Program-made: the position numbers and the translations under genes
Part shown: piece by piece, positions 26,627 through 39,509 of the stretch
Numbering within the stretch: position 1 is the first letter of the stretch
How the letters are laid out: every line of letters begins with the position of its first letter
Origin: Paraspadella gotoi
Taxonomy: Eukaryota; Animalia; Chaetognatha
Direction: 5' to 3'
Assembly (NCBI GenBank): GCA_051294375.1
Contig: CM119268.1
Location: 5,507,221-5,571,220, forward strand
DNA length: 64,000 nucleotides
The notes under the pieces: model-generated
What the model saw: only the letters and a program-made list of their open reading frames with translations
Database searches by the model: none
What the model was told of the DNA's origin: nothing

Positions 26627-29600
26627 TTCTAATGGTATTATGAAATCGTTAAAAGTTTTTACAGATTTTCAAAATACGTACGATTTTATTATTTTACTAT
26701 AAAATTTTAACATAATTATTTTGTATTTACATATATTATGGCACGTAAAAACGGAAAGTTTAACGGAATTATTTGATGAAGACTAAACTCCAAAAAATGT
26801 TTAATGAACAAGATATTAATAGCGCAAACATAAATATTAAACCTATTATATTAATTTGTCTGAAGGATAAAATCAAGAAGAAAATCTATCAAGCTGACGA
26901 TGACGGATTTCGGATTACGGGAGAAAAAAAAAGAAGACTTGGTTGAAGAAAGCTTGACCAAGTTGCAAAGCAAAAGCGACGGTGCTTGGAAGAATTCTCT
27001 GTCTTTGAGATGGAGAGAGAGAGAGAGAGACGAGAGAGAGAGAGATTAGAAAGAAAAGAAGGAGAAAGGAGGAGAGGACGAGAGAAGAGACAGAGCAGAA
27101 CGGAGAGAGAGAGCGAGAGAGAGAGAGAAGACGAGGAGAGAGAGAAGATAGAAAAGGAAAAGAAGAGTATTAGTCTGAGATTTTTGCGGTGCGACTTGGT
27201 CTTGAAATGTATTCAAATGTTGATGCGATTTATTTTGAAGCTCAAAAGAGTCCCCTTTAGACTTCAAGGGAAGAAGAAAGAGAAGAAGGGAGAAAGAGAA
27301 GATGAGAAGAGGGGGAAGATGAGAGAGAGAAAGAGAAAAAAGAGAGAGAGAGAGAGAGCAGAGAGAGAGAGAGAGCGAGAGAGAAGAGAGGAGAGAGAGA
27401 AGGGAGAGTCGAGAGAAGACAAGAGAGAGAAGAGAGGGACGATGAGAGAGAGAGAGAGAGGAGAGACGGAGAGGCATCCTTTGAGAAATTCTTTCTTCAC
27501 CGCCGGCACAGCATTCCAACGTTTTCGAATTCAAAAGGATTATTTAATCGTTTTTGCGTGAGAGAGAGAGAGAGAGAGAGAAGAGAGACGAGAGAGAGAC
27601 GAGAGAGAAGACGAGAGAGAGAGAGATGAGAGAGAGAGAGTAGAGAGAGAGAGAGAACTTTTGCTCACGGCAAAGTGCTCGCCCAACGGATTTTTAAAGG
27701 CCCTCAAATTTGACTCCTTTTACTACGAACTGTCCCTTCTTGTCTTCGTCAAATAGAGAAGTAAAAAAAAGAAAAGAAAAAAAAAGAAAAGAAAAAAAAA
27801 GAAAAAAAAAGAAAAGAAATAAAAAAATATTTTTACGGCGGAAGTCAAAAGAAAAGATCAAAGGTTGAAGCCGCCAAGAGAGATCACGGAGGGAAATAGA
27901 GAGGTAGAGAAGAAAAGTCAATGGGAAATAAATAGGAAGGTAGAGAAGGCAAAAAGAGGGGTCGGAAAAGAGAGAGGCAGAGAAGGAGAAAAAATGAGGA
28001 AAGACGGGTAGAGAAGGTAAAAAGACAAGCGGGATAAGGCAGGTAAAGAATTAGAGAATAAAGAAGGGACAAGGGAGGTAGAGAAAAAGAAAAGACAAGC
28101 GCTCGAGGAGAAAAGCAATGTGACAAAGGTAGGTAGAGGAGGAGAAAATAAAGGTGGGAAAAGAAAGGTTGAGAGGACTAAGAGACAGGTTGGGAAAGAA
28201 AAGCAAGGAAGTTGAAAGGAGGTTGGGAAAGAAAGAGAAATGGAAAAGAGAAGTGGTGAAAGAGAGAAAAAATGAGATTCGAAAATAAAGAGAGGTAAGG
28301 AAGTAAAATAAGAAGTGAAGAAGTATGAAAGAAAAGTGAAGAGGTAAAGAGAAAAGAGATGAAATTAAAAAGAAAAGTGAAAGAAGTAAAAAAAGAAGAT
28401 AAGAAGTAAAGAGAGAAGAGAAGAAGTTAAAAAGAAAAGTGAAGAAGTAAAAAGAGAAGTGAAGTAGAAAAAAGAGAAGTGAAGAAGTATAAAGAGAAGT
28501 GAAGAAGTAAAAAGAGAGAGGTGGAGATGAGACAGAAGAAATGAAGAAACAAGAGACGAAGACGACGATGAGATTAAAATTGGTCTTCTGAGAAAAAAGT
28601 CTCTCTTGTTGAGAAGGGAATTGATAGAGAGAGAGAGAGANNNNNNNNNNGAGAGAGAGAGGGAAAATGGAGAGTGAGAAAGAAAAAAATAGATATTTGA
28701 TTTTCATTAGCCTCGCTTTAAATCTCATTTGCTTAATACTTTCTAATAATATGAAAAAAATTAGTAATAATTCTTAATTTTCTATTGAATACCATATTAG
28801 TGCAAGACTTTGAAACTAACAACTCTGTCTCTGCCTCTGTGAAACAGACAGACAGACGGACAGACAGACAGACCGATAACAAAGTGACTTATTGTGTTCT
28901 GTTCAAAAATACAATGGCGAAAGGCGGTAGGTCTGATAATATGAAAAAAGGCCTGTCTTCAAAAGGTTTAAAGGCCTGATTTATAAAGATAAAGCCTGAT
29001 ATTAATAGAGCCCTATGATATAATCGAAGATATTTATTAATTAAAAGAGATATAAAAATAAACCAAAAAAACAAAAAAAACAAAAAAAAAAACAAATCAC
29101 AAAGAAAAAGGGAAGTAAATGGATTTAAAATAAAAACCAAAAAAGAGAAAATAAAACGAAAAAAGAATACCCAAGTAGAGAGAAAGACATTAAGTCCGAA
29201 AAAAAGGAGGAACCAAGAGAGAGACGAGAGCCCGAAAGAAGAGAGAGAGAGATGAGAGACAGAGAGAGAGAGAGAAGGAGAGAGAGATGAGAGAGAGATG
29301 AGAGAATGAAGAAAGACGAGGAGAGAGAAGAGAGAGAGTTAAAAAAAAGGAGGAGGAGGGAATAAAAAGAAGTTTGTTTGAGGAAAGACAAACAAAGCAT
29401 CGGCGGTGGAAAAAGGAAGGCGTGTTCTCATCACCATGGATACTTGGGGGTCAAATGAGACATTCCGAGTCACGAATGGGGAAAAAGAGGGAAAAGAGTG
29501 GGGAAGTGGGAAAGTGGGGAAAGAGGGGTGAAATGGGAAATGAAGAAGTGGGGAACAAGTGAGAAATTGAGAGCGAAGAAGTAGGGAAAGAGTGGAGAAG

Positions 29601-32103
29601 TGGGAAGTGAAGAAGTTGGGAAACAGTAGGAACTGGGAAATGAAGGAGTGGGAAAATAGTAGGAAATGGGAAAAAGCGATAAAAAAAAATTATGATTCCA
29701 AAACCTTTAGGAAAAACCATCGCGCATAGATACTACCGAAAAGATAGGAAAAAAAAAGTTGGTTGGCGAAAAAAAATGGAAAGGGGAAAAAACAGAGGTG
29801 TCCGATAGGGAAAGGGAAACAGAGATAGAAAACACGAAACACAGAAGCAGAAAAACAAAACAAAGATGGAAAAAACCAAACAGGAATGGAAAAGACGAAG
29901 CAGAGATGAAAAAAGGACACAGAGATGGCAAAAACGAAACAAAGTCAAAGAAACGAAACAGAGATGAATGATAAAAGTTTCTTAAATAAAATTGAAAAAA
30001 TATCTAAATAAGCTATGGCGAATATTTTTATGAGTCATGGTTCAGAAACTCGGACAAAGCAGAATCGTCTTTTATCGAAATCGAGGCAATCATCACGCGT
30101 TTCAATTAGATGTCCTTTTGTTTATAGATAAATGAATATTTCATTTCTTCGCAGTGACATCTATGGAACACTCGAGAAGTTAGCGGCCCACAAAAGAAGA
30201 GCCATAAAAAGGGCGAAAACTGGTGAAAAAAAAAATAGGGTGGAAAAAAAAAGAAGGAAATATGGTTAGAAAAAAATGGCAAAACCGGACCAAGGGAGAA
30301 TAAAAAAAAAAGGGTGAAACGGTGTCGTCGTAATGGGCCAAACCATTTGGTCGTTTCACAGATAACAGAAATAGAGACCCAATGTTGATTCCCTTGCAAT
30401 CTCTACTTTCCTTTCCCTCCTTTTTTCCTTCATCTGTTTTTTTCCTCTCATTTTTCCTTCTCCTTCCTCTTTTTTTCCCTTTTTCGTCCTACCCTTTTTC
30501 TTTTTCCTTCCTCTCATTTATCCTTCTTCCTTTTTTTTCCCTTTTTCCTCCTCTCCTTTTTTCCTTTTCTTTCTCCTTCCACTTTCCTTTTCCCTCCTCT
30601 CATTTTTCCTTCTTCTTTTTTCCTTTTTCTTCCTCTCCTTTTCCTTCTCCTACCTCTTTTTTTTATCCTTTTCCTTCCTCTCTTTTTCCCTTCTCCTTCT
30701 CATCTTCCACTCCCTCCTTCCAAACTCTTCTCCCACTTCATCCCACCCCTTTCCTCCCTCCACCCTACATCACCGATAATATTTTATCCCTCCCCACATT
30801 TCTCGCCCATTTTAAATCGCCTCTCGTATCTTGACAATCCCTCGTGGTCGTTTACATCCTTGTCGTTGTCGTTGTTGTTGTGATAGTTGTTGTCGTTGTC
30901 GTCTTTGTCCTTGTTCAATTCGTTGTCAAGGTTGTCGCAGTGGTCTTTGTCGTTTTCGTCGTCCTTGTAGTCGTTGTCCTTTAATCATACTTGTCTTTAT
31001 CATCTTTGTCACCTTTTTACCTTTTTTTTTCTTTGTCAACCTTTTTTACTTTTTTCTTGAATAATTGAGTTGTTACATATAGTTATCCTTACTTTATAAT
31101 CACTGCCATCATGATCATCGCCATCATCGTCATCATCGTTTTTATCGTCGTCATCGTCGTCGTTGTCGCTTTTATCGTAGCCTAAACCATAGATTCTCTT
31201 CTGNNNNNNNNNNNNNNNNNNNNNNNNNNNNNNNNNNNNNNNNNNNNNNNNNNNNNNNNNNNNNNNNNNNNNNNNNNNNNNNNNNNNNNNNNNNNNNNNN
31301 NNNNNNNNNNNNNNNNNNNNNNNNNNNNNNNNNNNNNNNNNNNNNNNNNNNNNNNNNNNNNNNNNNNNNNNNNNNNNNNNNNNNNNNNNNNNNNNNNNNN
31401 NNNNNNNNNNNNNNNNNNNNNNNNNNNNNNNNNNNNNNNNNNNNNNNNNNNNNNNNNNNNNNNNNNNNNNNNNNNNNNNNNNNNNNNNNNNNNNNNNNNN
31501 NNNNNNNNNNNNNNNNNNNNNNNNNNNNNNNNNNNNNNNNNNNNNNNNNNNNNNNNNNNNNNNNNNNNNNNNNNNNNNNNNNNNNNNNNNNNNNNNNNNN
31601 NNNNNNNNNNNNNNNNNNNNNNNNNNNNNNNNNNNNNNNNNNNNNNNNNNNNNNNNNNNNNNNNNNNNNNNNNNNNNNNNNNNNNNNNNNNNNNNNNNNN
31701 NNNNNNNNNNNNNNNNNNNNNNNNNNNNNNNNNNNNNNNNNNNNNNNNNNNNNNNNNNNNNNNNNNNNNNNNNNNNNNNNNNNNNNNNNNNNNNNNNNNN
31801 NNNNNNNNNNNNNNNNNNNNNNNNNNNNNNNNNNNNNNNNNNNNNNNNNNNNNNNNNNNNGAAAAGGAGAAAAAAATAGAGAAATAGTCTTTAGTGAGAA
31901 CTTAGTCTATTTTTAGCAGAGAAACAACTTTGCCCTCCTTAAAAAGGAGGAAGAGAAGGAAGAGGAGGAGGAAAAGGAGGAAGAGGGGGAGGGGGAGGAG
32001 GAGGAGGAAGATTAGAATGAGCCGAAGTCGAAAGGGTGAGGGTGAACGATCTCTCTCGTTCTCTCTCTCTCTCTCTGTCTTTGTTTCCGCCTTTAATTAT
32101 GGC

Positions 32104-32173
<70 letters not shown>

Positions 32174-32250
32174 GAGAGAAAGAGAGAGAAAAAATCGACC
32201 TTTTATTTTCTTTAAATAAGTGAGAGGAAGTTCCTTGGGCGATTTGGACA

Positions 32251-32299
<49 letters not shown>

Positions 32300-33184
32300 T
32301 CAATGAGAGATTGAGTAAGAAAGAAGAAATAGGTGCAATGGTTTGTTATCTAAGAGAAAATCGATAAATACACAATAAAACAAACAAAGAAACTTAACAA
32401 ATTTTACAAGTCAATTTGTCATCGGACGGTTGGTCTACCTGTCTATTTATCCATCTGTCTTTCTCTTTGCAGCTAACATTTAATATTTCTTTCTTGTTCA
32501 TCCTTTTTTCTTTTCTCTCTCTTCTCTTCCTATCTCGTTACACTTGTCAAATTTTCTTCCTTCTCCTCCTCCTCTTCCTCCTCCTCCTCCTCCTCCTCCC
32601 ATTTTTTTCCAAAACTCAGCGAATATGGGCCGACAAAGTGAAATAAGAGAGAGAGAGAGAGGATGAGAGAGAGAGAGAGAGAGGGATACATCTGCGATTT
32701 CAGTTTTCAAGGATTTTTGAAAAGGCCGTTTTGCTCCGGAATCCAACCGAGACTAAAAATGTCTCCCTATGAATTTTATCCAGTTTTGGGTGGTTTTTGG
32801 GCAAGAGGGGGGCGTCGAGGGGGAGATGGGGTATGAGACAGGGGTGCGCGGTTGGGGGGGGGTGACAGAAAAATGGGACAATTGATATTTATTTTAAAAT
32901 TTTTTTACTTAATACGTAGTTTAAAATAAAGTTGACTTACGCGTTCGTATCTTTATAAAAAAGCGTGTTTATTGACTGATTAATTGATTGGTATATCGAG
33001 TCACTCATAGATTGATCGAATTTAATTTATGCTGTTTTCTTTTTATTATTTCATTTTCTAAGACAAAGATTTCCTTTAAAAACCAAAAAGAACAAAAAAA
33101 AATAATAAAAGAAGAAAAATGTCTTCTTTGCGATAAAAATTCAACTTTTCATTTTTCATCGAAATTTTGTTTTCGTCTAACTCG

Positions 33185-33535
33185 TCGATGTCAGCCCTAT
33201 TTTCGTCGTCGTCGTCTACATCGTCGTCGTCTCACATGTTGATGCCAGCCCTATCTTCAGCGTCGTCTACATTGTCATTGTCTGCCTCATTGATGCCAGC
33301 CCTATCTTCGTCGTCGTCGATATTGTCGTTGTCTGCCTCATCGATGCCAGCCTTATCTTCGTCGTCGTCTACTTCGTCGTTGTCTGCTTTGTCGAAGCCA
33401 GCCCTATCTTCAGCGTCGTCTACATCGTGGGTTGTCTGCCTCATCGATGCCAGCCCTATCTTTGTTGTCGTCTACATCGTCGTTGTCTGCTTCGTCGATG
33501 TCAGCCCTATCTTCGTCGTCGTCTACATCGTCAGG
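33185..33535. repeat. 51-bp minisatellite, about 7 copies
   Basis: Unit TCGATGCCAGCCCTATCTTCGTCGTCGTCTACATCGTCGTTGTCTGCCTCA. It shows as 17-aa periodicity in the ORF track on both strands. Confidence 0.85.
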
Positions 33536-34279
33536 TTTTTCCGTCATCGTCATCGTCGTCATTATGTATATAGTTAGTCCACATTTTAATTTTATAGCTA
33601 ATTTATTTAAATTTCTTTAAATAATGAGTACATACATATATATTATATAAGTGCAGCTCATTAACAGTTGCATTGTTACTGGGTTAAACTTTCACATTTT
33701 GAGCTTAATAGATAAATAAATCAATCAATCAATTAGGGTCCCTCCCAATGCGGTGCTATCATTGTCAGTGTTTCTATCGTTGTCATCATCTTCGTCGTCA
33801 TCTTCGTCAATCATTTTTATCATTTTTCACCAAAAAAATAAAAGGAGTGAACGGATGATTTTTTTTTTCTTTTAAGATAAAAAGTGAATGAATCGTTGTG
33901 TAACGTCCGTTGGGGAAGAAGAGAAAAAGCTTGGGGAAAAGATAGGTCCTTGGGAAACAAGCTTTTGGAAACAAACGACCAGCGGTGAAAGAAAAAATAT
34001 ATACGCCATTGGAACGAGGGTCGCTTGACAGAGAAGGTTGAGAATCCAATCAAAAGCGAATAAAATAAGTTTTTTTTAACCAATCAAATCCAAGCTTTTA
34101 TATAATTTATTCCAATCAAAAAAAAAACTGTACGACCCGAACTAAATATCGAAGAGGAAGAGAAATCGGGGAGAAATTTATTTTGGGCGGGATGAGGGGG
34201 GGGGGAGAGAGAAAGAAAATTACGGAGTGAGAAACATAAAACAAGTGGCTACACTATGATAACTCCGACGACCTCCAGA

Positions 34280-34317
<38 letters not shown>

Positions 34318-34377
34318 AAATTGAATTCGTCTTCGCTGGTGATGAACCAACTCCTCCACAAATCAATGGCCGACGGG

Positions 34378-34418
<41 letters not shown>

Positions 34419-34741
34419 ACATTTTTGGACTTTAATCTCGGACATTGATTGGGAAGGTTGAAGGGGAAAGAAGGGAGAGGGGAGAGGAGAAGAGAGAAGG
34501 AAGAGTAGAGGAATGGAGAAAAAGAGGTTAGGAAGTATTAACTAAAGGGAGAGAGGAAAGAAAGAAAAGAAAAAAAGAAAGAGAAGTGAGGGGAAAGGAG
34601 GAAAGTTAAAAGAGGGAAAAAGATCGGTTTACGAAAAGGGAGAGAGCAAATTAGAAGGAGGATAGAAAAGGAGAAAATAGGAAAGGAAAAGAAAAGATCG
34701 GGATGCAGAAGAGAGATGAGGAGAAAGGAAAAGGAGTCATC

Positions 34742-34810
<69 letters not shown>

Positions 34811-35047
34811 CTTCTCTCTCCACCCGTTTGACGCCTAACGCTCATCAAAGTCGCATTTTCCAACTTCTTTCCTTTTTCTCAGTGACTCTGTCTCCCTCTG
34901 TGTCCCGCACCGTCACTCTCTCTCTGTCTCTCCCCCAAACCATTCGTCTCTCTGTTTTGACTTTGTCTCAATCTTGTTTTTGCCCTTTTCGAGTTGAGTT
35001 CATCGAATCGATTGACCGTAGAGTTTAGTTTTATAGTTTTCTATATT

Positions 35048-35333
35048 TGTAGTCGGGCATTGCCTAGGTTCACCCCGCCGAGAATCATGACACTTTCAGT
35101 TGTGATCCGGTGGCTCATTGTGTAAAGCCATCAGCTCATGACCACTAGGTACCGGGTTCAATCCCAACCCGCTACCAACCCTGCGGGAAGCGTGAGGCCG
35201 CCCGTAAGCCTCCTTGGCGGCATGGCAAACCCTCAAGCCTGATTCCAAGCCCAGGGACACGTTCCATGGCTGCTAGAGGGGGTTATAGAAGTTACGGACA
35301 GTCATCTTCAGCCAACGTAGCGCCTTATCCACA
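35048..35333 (+). mobile_element. Solo LTR (286 bp) containing a tRNA-like Pol III promoter; Helenus/TRIM-like
   Basis: Termini TGTAG...CCACA; TATT direct repeat at 35044-35047 and 35334-35337; A-box-like TGGCTCATTGTG at 35111; B box GGTTCAATCCC at 35155; homologs at 8980 and in the 4.1-kb units. Confidence 0.75.
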
Positions 35334-35686
35334 TATTTACTTTTCATGTAGTTGTATTTTAACATTGACTTGGAATGTTTGCGTTTGGGCGTTCAGTTCA
35401 ATCATCTATTTTTTTATCAAAAAAAATATGATTTAGACGATGAAACATTTTTCTTCAGATCATTTAGTTTATGAAATTGGTACAACCAATATAAAATATA
35501 TAGTTTATATAATATTTACAGACAGAGAGACAGACCGATCGAATTGAGTCCCTTCTTTTCTTAACTAAAAACTGATAGTAAAATAATCATAGTTAGCTTT
35601 TAAAATAATTAATATCTTGCATGGATAATATATATATATGAAACACTGACGTTAATATACTGAGCCATCTCCGGCTCTCCTCGACT

Positions 35687-35714
35687 CTGATTGGCCACCC
35701 GATTCGCGACGTCA
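35687..35714. promoter_or_regulatory. Possible promoter elements: reverse CCAAT (CTGATTGGC) and CRE-like GACGTCA
   Basis: Two motifs adjacent in a small CpG-rich patch; motif match only. Confidence 0.2.
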
Positions 35715-35887
35715 TGTCATGATTCTCAAAATTTGTTTAAAAAAAGTCGGCGATTCCCTTTTGTTTCCGCTTTCATCCGATGAACGCAAAACAGAACGAG
35801 AGAAATTCCATTAATTCTTTTTTCTTTGATTCCTATTTTTTTTTCATGGCTTTTGTTGTTTTAAAACGTCTCAGTTATTTTTATGCT

Positions 35888-35974
<87 letters not shown>

Positions 35975-36297
35975 CTTTCTTCCCCCAAAATGAGGAAAGA
36001 GCGAAATTTGCAATTTGAATCAAAATCATTTTTTTTCGGTTTTAGGAAAATCAAACAAAATAGCATCTGCGTTAGTGTGAGAACAAAACATTTAAATTAA
36101 AAGATAAGATAAAATATAAAATCAAGGAATTACATATATAATGATTGTAAGTCTGTTTTTTTTATCATTAAATACAAAACTAATTCATATTAATAAAACT
36201 TTTCTTTTTTTTTGTAGCCAGCTTTTTCTTTTCCCCTCCACCTCTTCTAACCCTTTTTTTCAAACTTTCTTCCTCTCTCTTATTCTTCCATACTCTC

Positions 36298-36359
<62 letters not shown>

Positions 36360-37127
36360 GCTATATCCGCAAACGCCACCTCAAGCCGTTTCCCAAATTG
36401 TGACAAAGGATAAAAGAAAATAGAAAATGTCTGAGAATTGATCCTTCTTAATCCAACTTCGACTATTTTCCTTTTTCACCTAAATCCATTTCCAATCCAA
36501 CATTGACCCAATGCTATTATTGTCACTGACCCAATCCAATCTTTTTATCAACCCCAATCCATTTTTGACCCAGTTCAGTTATTTCCTTTTATAGTTTTAA
36601 TCCACAACTTTTTAAAATCCCAATGCAATATTTTTTACATACTTCGTAGCAGCCCTTATCTAATTCTGTTTTAATTTCAATTGACCTAATGCTATTTATT
36701 TGAATTGTTCGCCCCAACCCATTCCATTTAAATCTCATTCTGACCTAAACCCTGGTAGTTTATCACCCAAAATTAAATCAATGTAATCTAATTTGAACGC
36801 GACGAAAAAGAAAGTCAATAGGTAAACTAGGTAGACAATATAATAACAAACGCTTTTCGATTCAATTCATTTTTTCCTAATATATCCTGACCAATCCAAT
36901 CACTAATTTCATCTCCGAATCAATTTTCTATCTTTTTCTCGCTCCATTCAAAATCGACTCCAGTTTAACACTTAAATTTTTTCTCACATTTGACTTCTTT
37001 CCCATTGGATCCAACACTTTGTGTGTCTCGACCCCAGACCAACTCGAGACCAATGTTGACCCATTTCAAACCTCTTTACAGCCTCCAACCAATATCAATC
37101 TGAACCCACATTCATTTCGATTATATT

Positions 37128-37251
<124 letters not shown>

Positions 37252-38258
37252 AACACACAGTCACAGAAACACGAAAATCAGAGAAATTTAATCATTTCTC
37301 GGTAATAATGTAATATTTTTAAAACGTTTAAATTTTTAAATTTTCTGCGACCTTTATTAATCAAATTTTGAGTCCGTTAGCGATTTACGATTTTAAAATT
37401 ACTTGTTAAACCAGTTTGGCCGCCAAGTCTTTGAAAAGCTTTTTAATTAAAAAGGAATATATCGCGTGATCATTATCGTTCATTACTTCGAATAACTTTT
37501 GAAAAGTTATTTTATAAAAAATATTATATGTATATATTTTTTTTTTAACCACGGTTTTTATGGGAACCAAGAGAAAACAGAAATTTAGAATTTCTGGTAA
37601 AATTTTTATTACCCGTATTTATTTTATATGCATTTAAAGTTATGTTAATTATGATAAAATTCAATAACTATTTCATTAATTTTGCAAAATATAAACTTAT
37701 AAATTTAAACTTCTTTCAGTCGAGATCTACAATTGTAAATTGAGAACTCTATAATAAATATTCCTAATCTTTTCCTACATTTTGGTTCAAAGTAAATCGT
37801 AAAATGATCTCGACTTGAAATGATAAAACTTCACTAGATCCAGTTTTGAAGTGAGTGACTCATTCAAAAAAAAAAAAAAAAAAAACCGTTACTGAATCGA
37901 GAGCGAATATTCTCATCCGGGTTTTCTTTTCAAAGTCCGTATGTCATTCAGGATTAAAAGTCGGCGCAATACTAAGAATTATTCAAAATTTTTTTCATAC
38001 TTTCGTTAAAAAATATCCGTTTTTATTTAAAAAAAATAATTAATCTCGTCAGCTCAGTTTGGTAAGTTTAAAACGCGCAATAATTATTTTTTTAGCTATA
38101 GTCTTGAGTACAGAATAATGACTCTGCCAAAGTTCATGATAATTTAAACAAAATAATTAAACTAAAAACTCTACTGAGTACACTATAAAATTTTTATATA
38201 ACTAATTTAATAATTTTAACAACAACAACGACAACGAAACCGACAAACAGCGACGCTA

Positions 38259-38550
38259 TGGCAACAGCCGGGTTGCCTGTGATGCTCATTGGGATGGGAC
38301 ATCTCACTATTGGCTTTGGGGGTTCCGACCCTCAGTGTCGCATCCAGTCACTGGCGCGGTTACCCTAGGACGGTCTCGCTTTGCCAACGCAGAGGGAAGT
38401 AGTTAGGACTCTGAATGGAACACTACGCCTGGGATGGTGTGTTCACTGTTCCCCCTCTGAGCCAATGTATTTGGCTGAAGGGTGGTGGACGTGAGGCGGT
38501 GTGAATATACCGCCACAACGCCGTCTTCGGTTCGGCTTCACCGGGTTTCA
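38259..38550. other. GC-rich, multi-hairpin island (candidate ncRNA or retroelement UTR/SINE)
   Basis: Stems GGCAAC/GTTGCC, GGGGGTT/GACCCTC, CAGAGGGAA/TTCCCCCTCTG, AGCCAA/TTGGCT, GCGGTG/TACCGC within very AT-rich flanks. Confidence 0.35.
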
Positions 38551-39509
38551 CTCTCTCTCTCTCTCTCATTCTACAAAAAATAAAGACAGATTTAATAACA
38601 CAGATTCGGTGCTATATAGTAGCACTGTCGTTTGCTAAAAAGTATTTTAACACAAGTTGCAGTAAAGAATGGTACAGTAAATAGCGATAAGAGTTCATTT
38701 ACGGTTATGTAATTATACATAGAGGAGGTAATAATTACGGAAATATCTACAGAGGTATTACGAGCTACACCCTTCTAGGTGTATAATTTCGTGGTCCGCC
38801 AATCATACTAGATAAAAGTTTCGTATCAGTATAAATCTTACGAAAACAAAAACTTACGAAAACGAAAACAAAATCTTACAAGTTGGGGAATAGGATTCGA
38901 GTCAAACTAGGATATCGATTATGTCAAACTAGGATATTGAACATGTACAGTTCTGTTCAGTAAGAAGCTTTTATTCACGGTCTATAATTGTAGTAGACAT
39001 AAAAATTTTAATGTAACACACTGTTGAACTAATGTCGCCTTAAGGAATGATAAAACATTCCAGGTGCAATAGAATCTATTCAAATCAAATCAAATCTCTC
39101 ATTCTGTCTGACCAGCTTAATCACAGCATCAGTTTCTTAAATATCCCAACGAAGAATAAACTTGATATTAATTTACCGTGAGAGTGAAAGAGAGAAGAAG
39201 CGTGAGTTAAGAACCTAAACCCGAGGCTCGACCCTGAATCCTCGGGGGGGGAGGTGGAGGGGGAGGAAGAGGATGAGGAGGAGGAGGAAGAGAATGATGA
39301 GGAGGAGGTGCTCGGGTGGAGGAGGAGGGGAGGGGGAGGAAGAGGATGATGAGGAGGAAGTGCTCGGTTGCGAAGTCCTACCGGCTCTTTCTGATTTCAA
39401 TCACAATTTCAATTTCACGGAATGAACTTGATATTAATTAACAACGAGATCGCAATTTGCTCAACTGATTTTTTCACCCAAACATATTTGTATTTCATTC
39501 GACAGCGAA

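Larger units (their letters stand above)
14108..28600 (+). repeat. Tandem ~4.1-kb unit: copies ~14108-18167, ~18193-22271, partial 22272-23050, ~24330-28600
   Basis: Landmarks recur in order: CATTGACCTCCGAT (~14169, 18253, 24352), GTAGTCGGGCATCGCAT (15744, 19834, 25982), tRNA-Leu tract (16354, 20473, 22659, 26592), GAGGCATCCTTTGAGAAATTC (~17153, 21268, 27471). May be partly an assembly artefact. Confidence 0.85.

Noticed and set aside
26986-32800. Long ER-, LS- and F-rich ORFs
   Set aside because: Translations of purine or pyrimidine microsatellite tracts.
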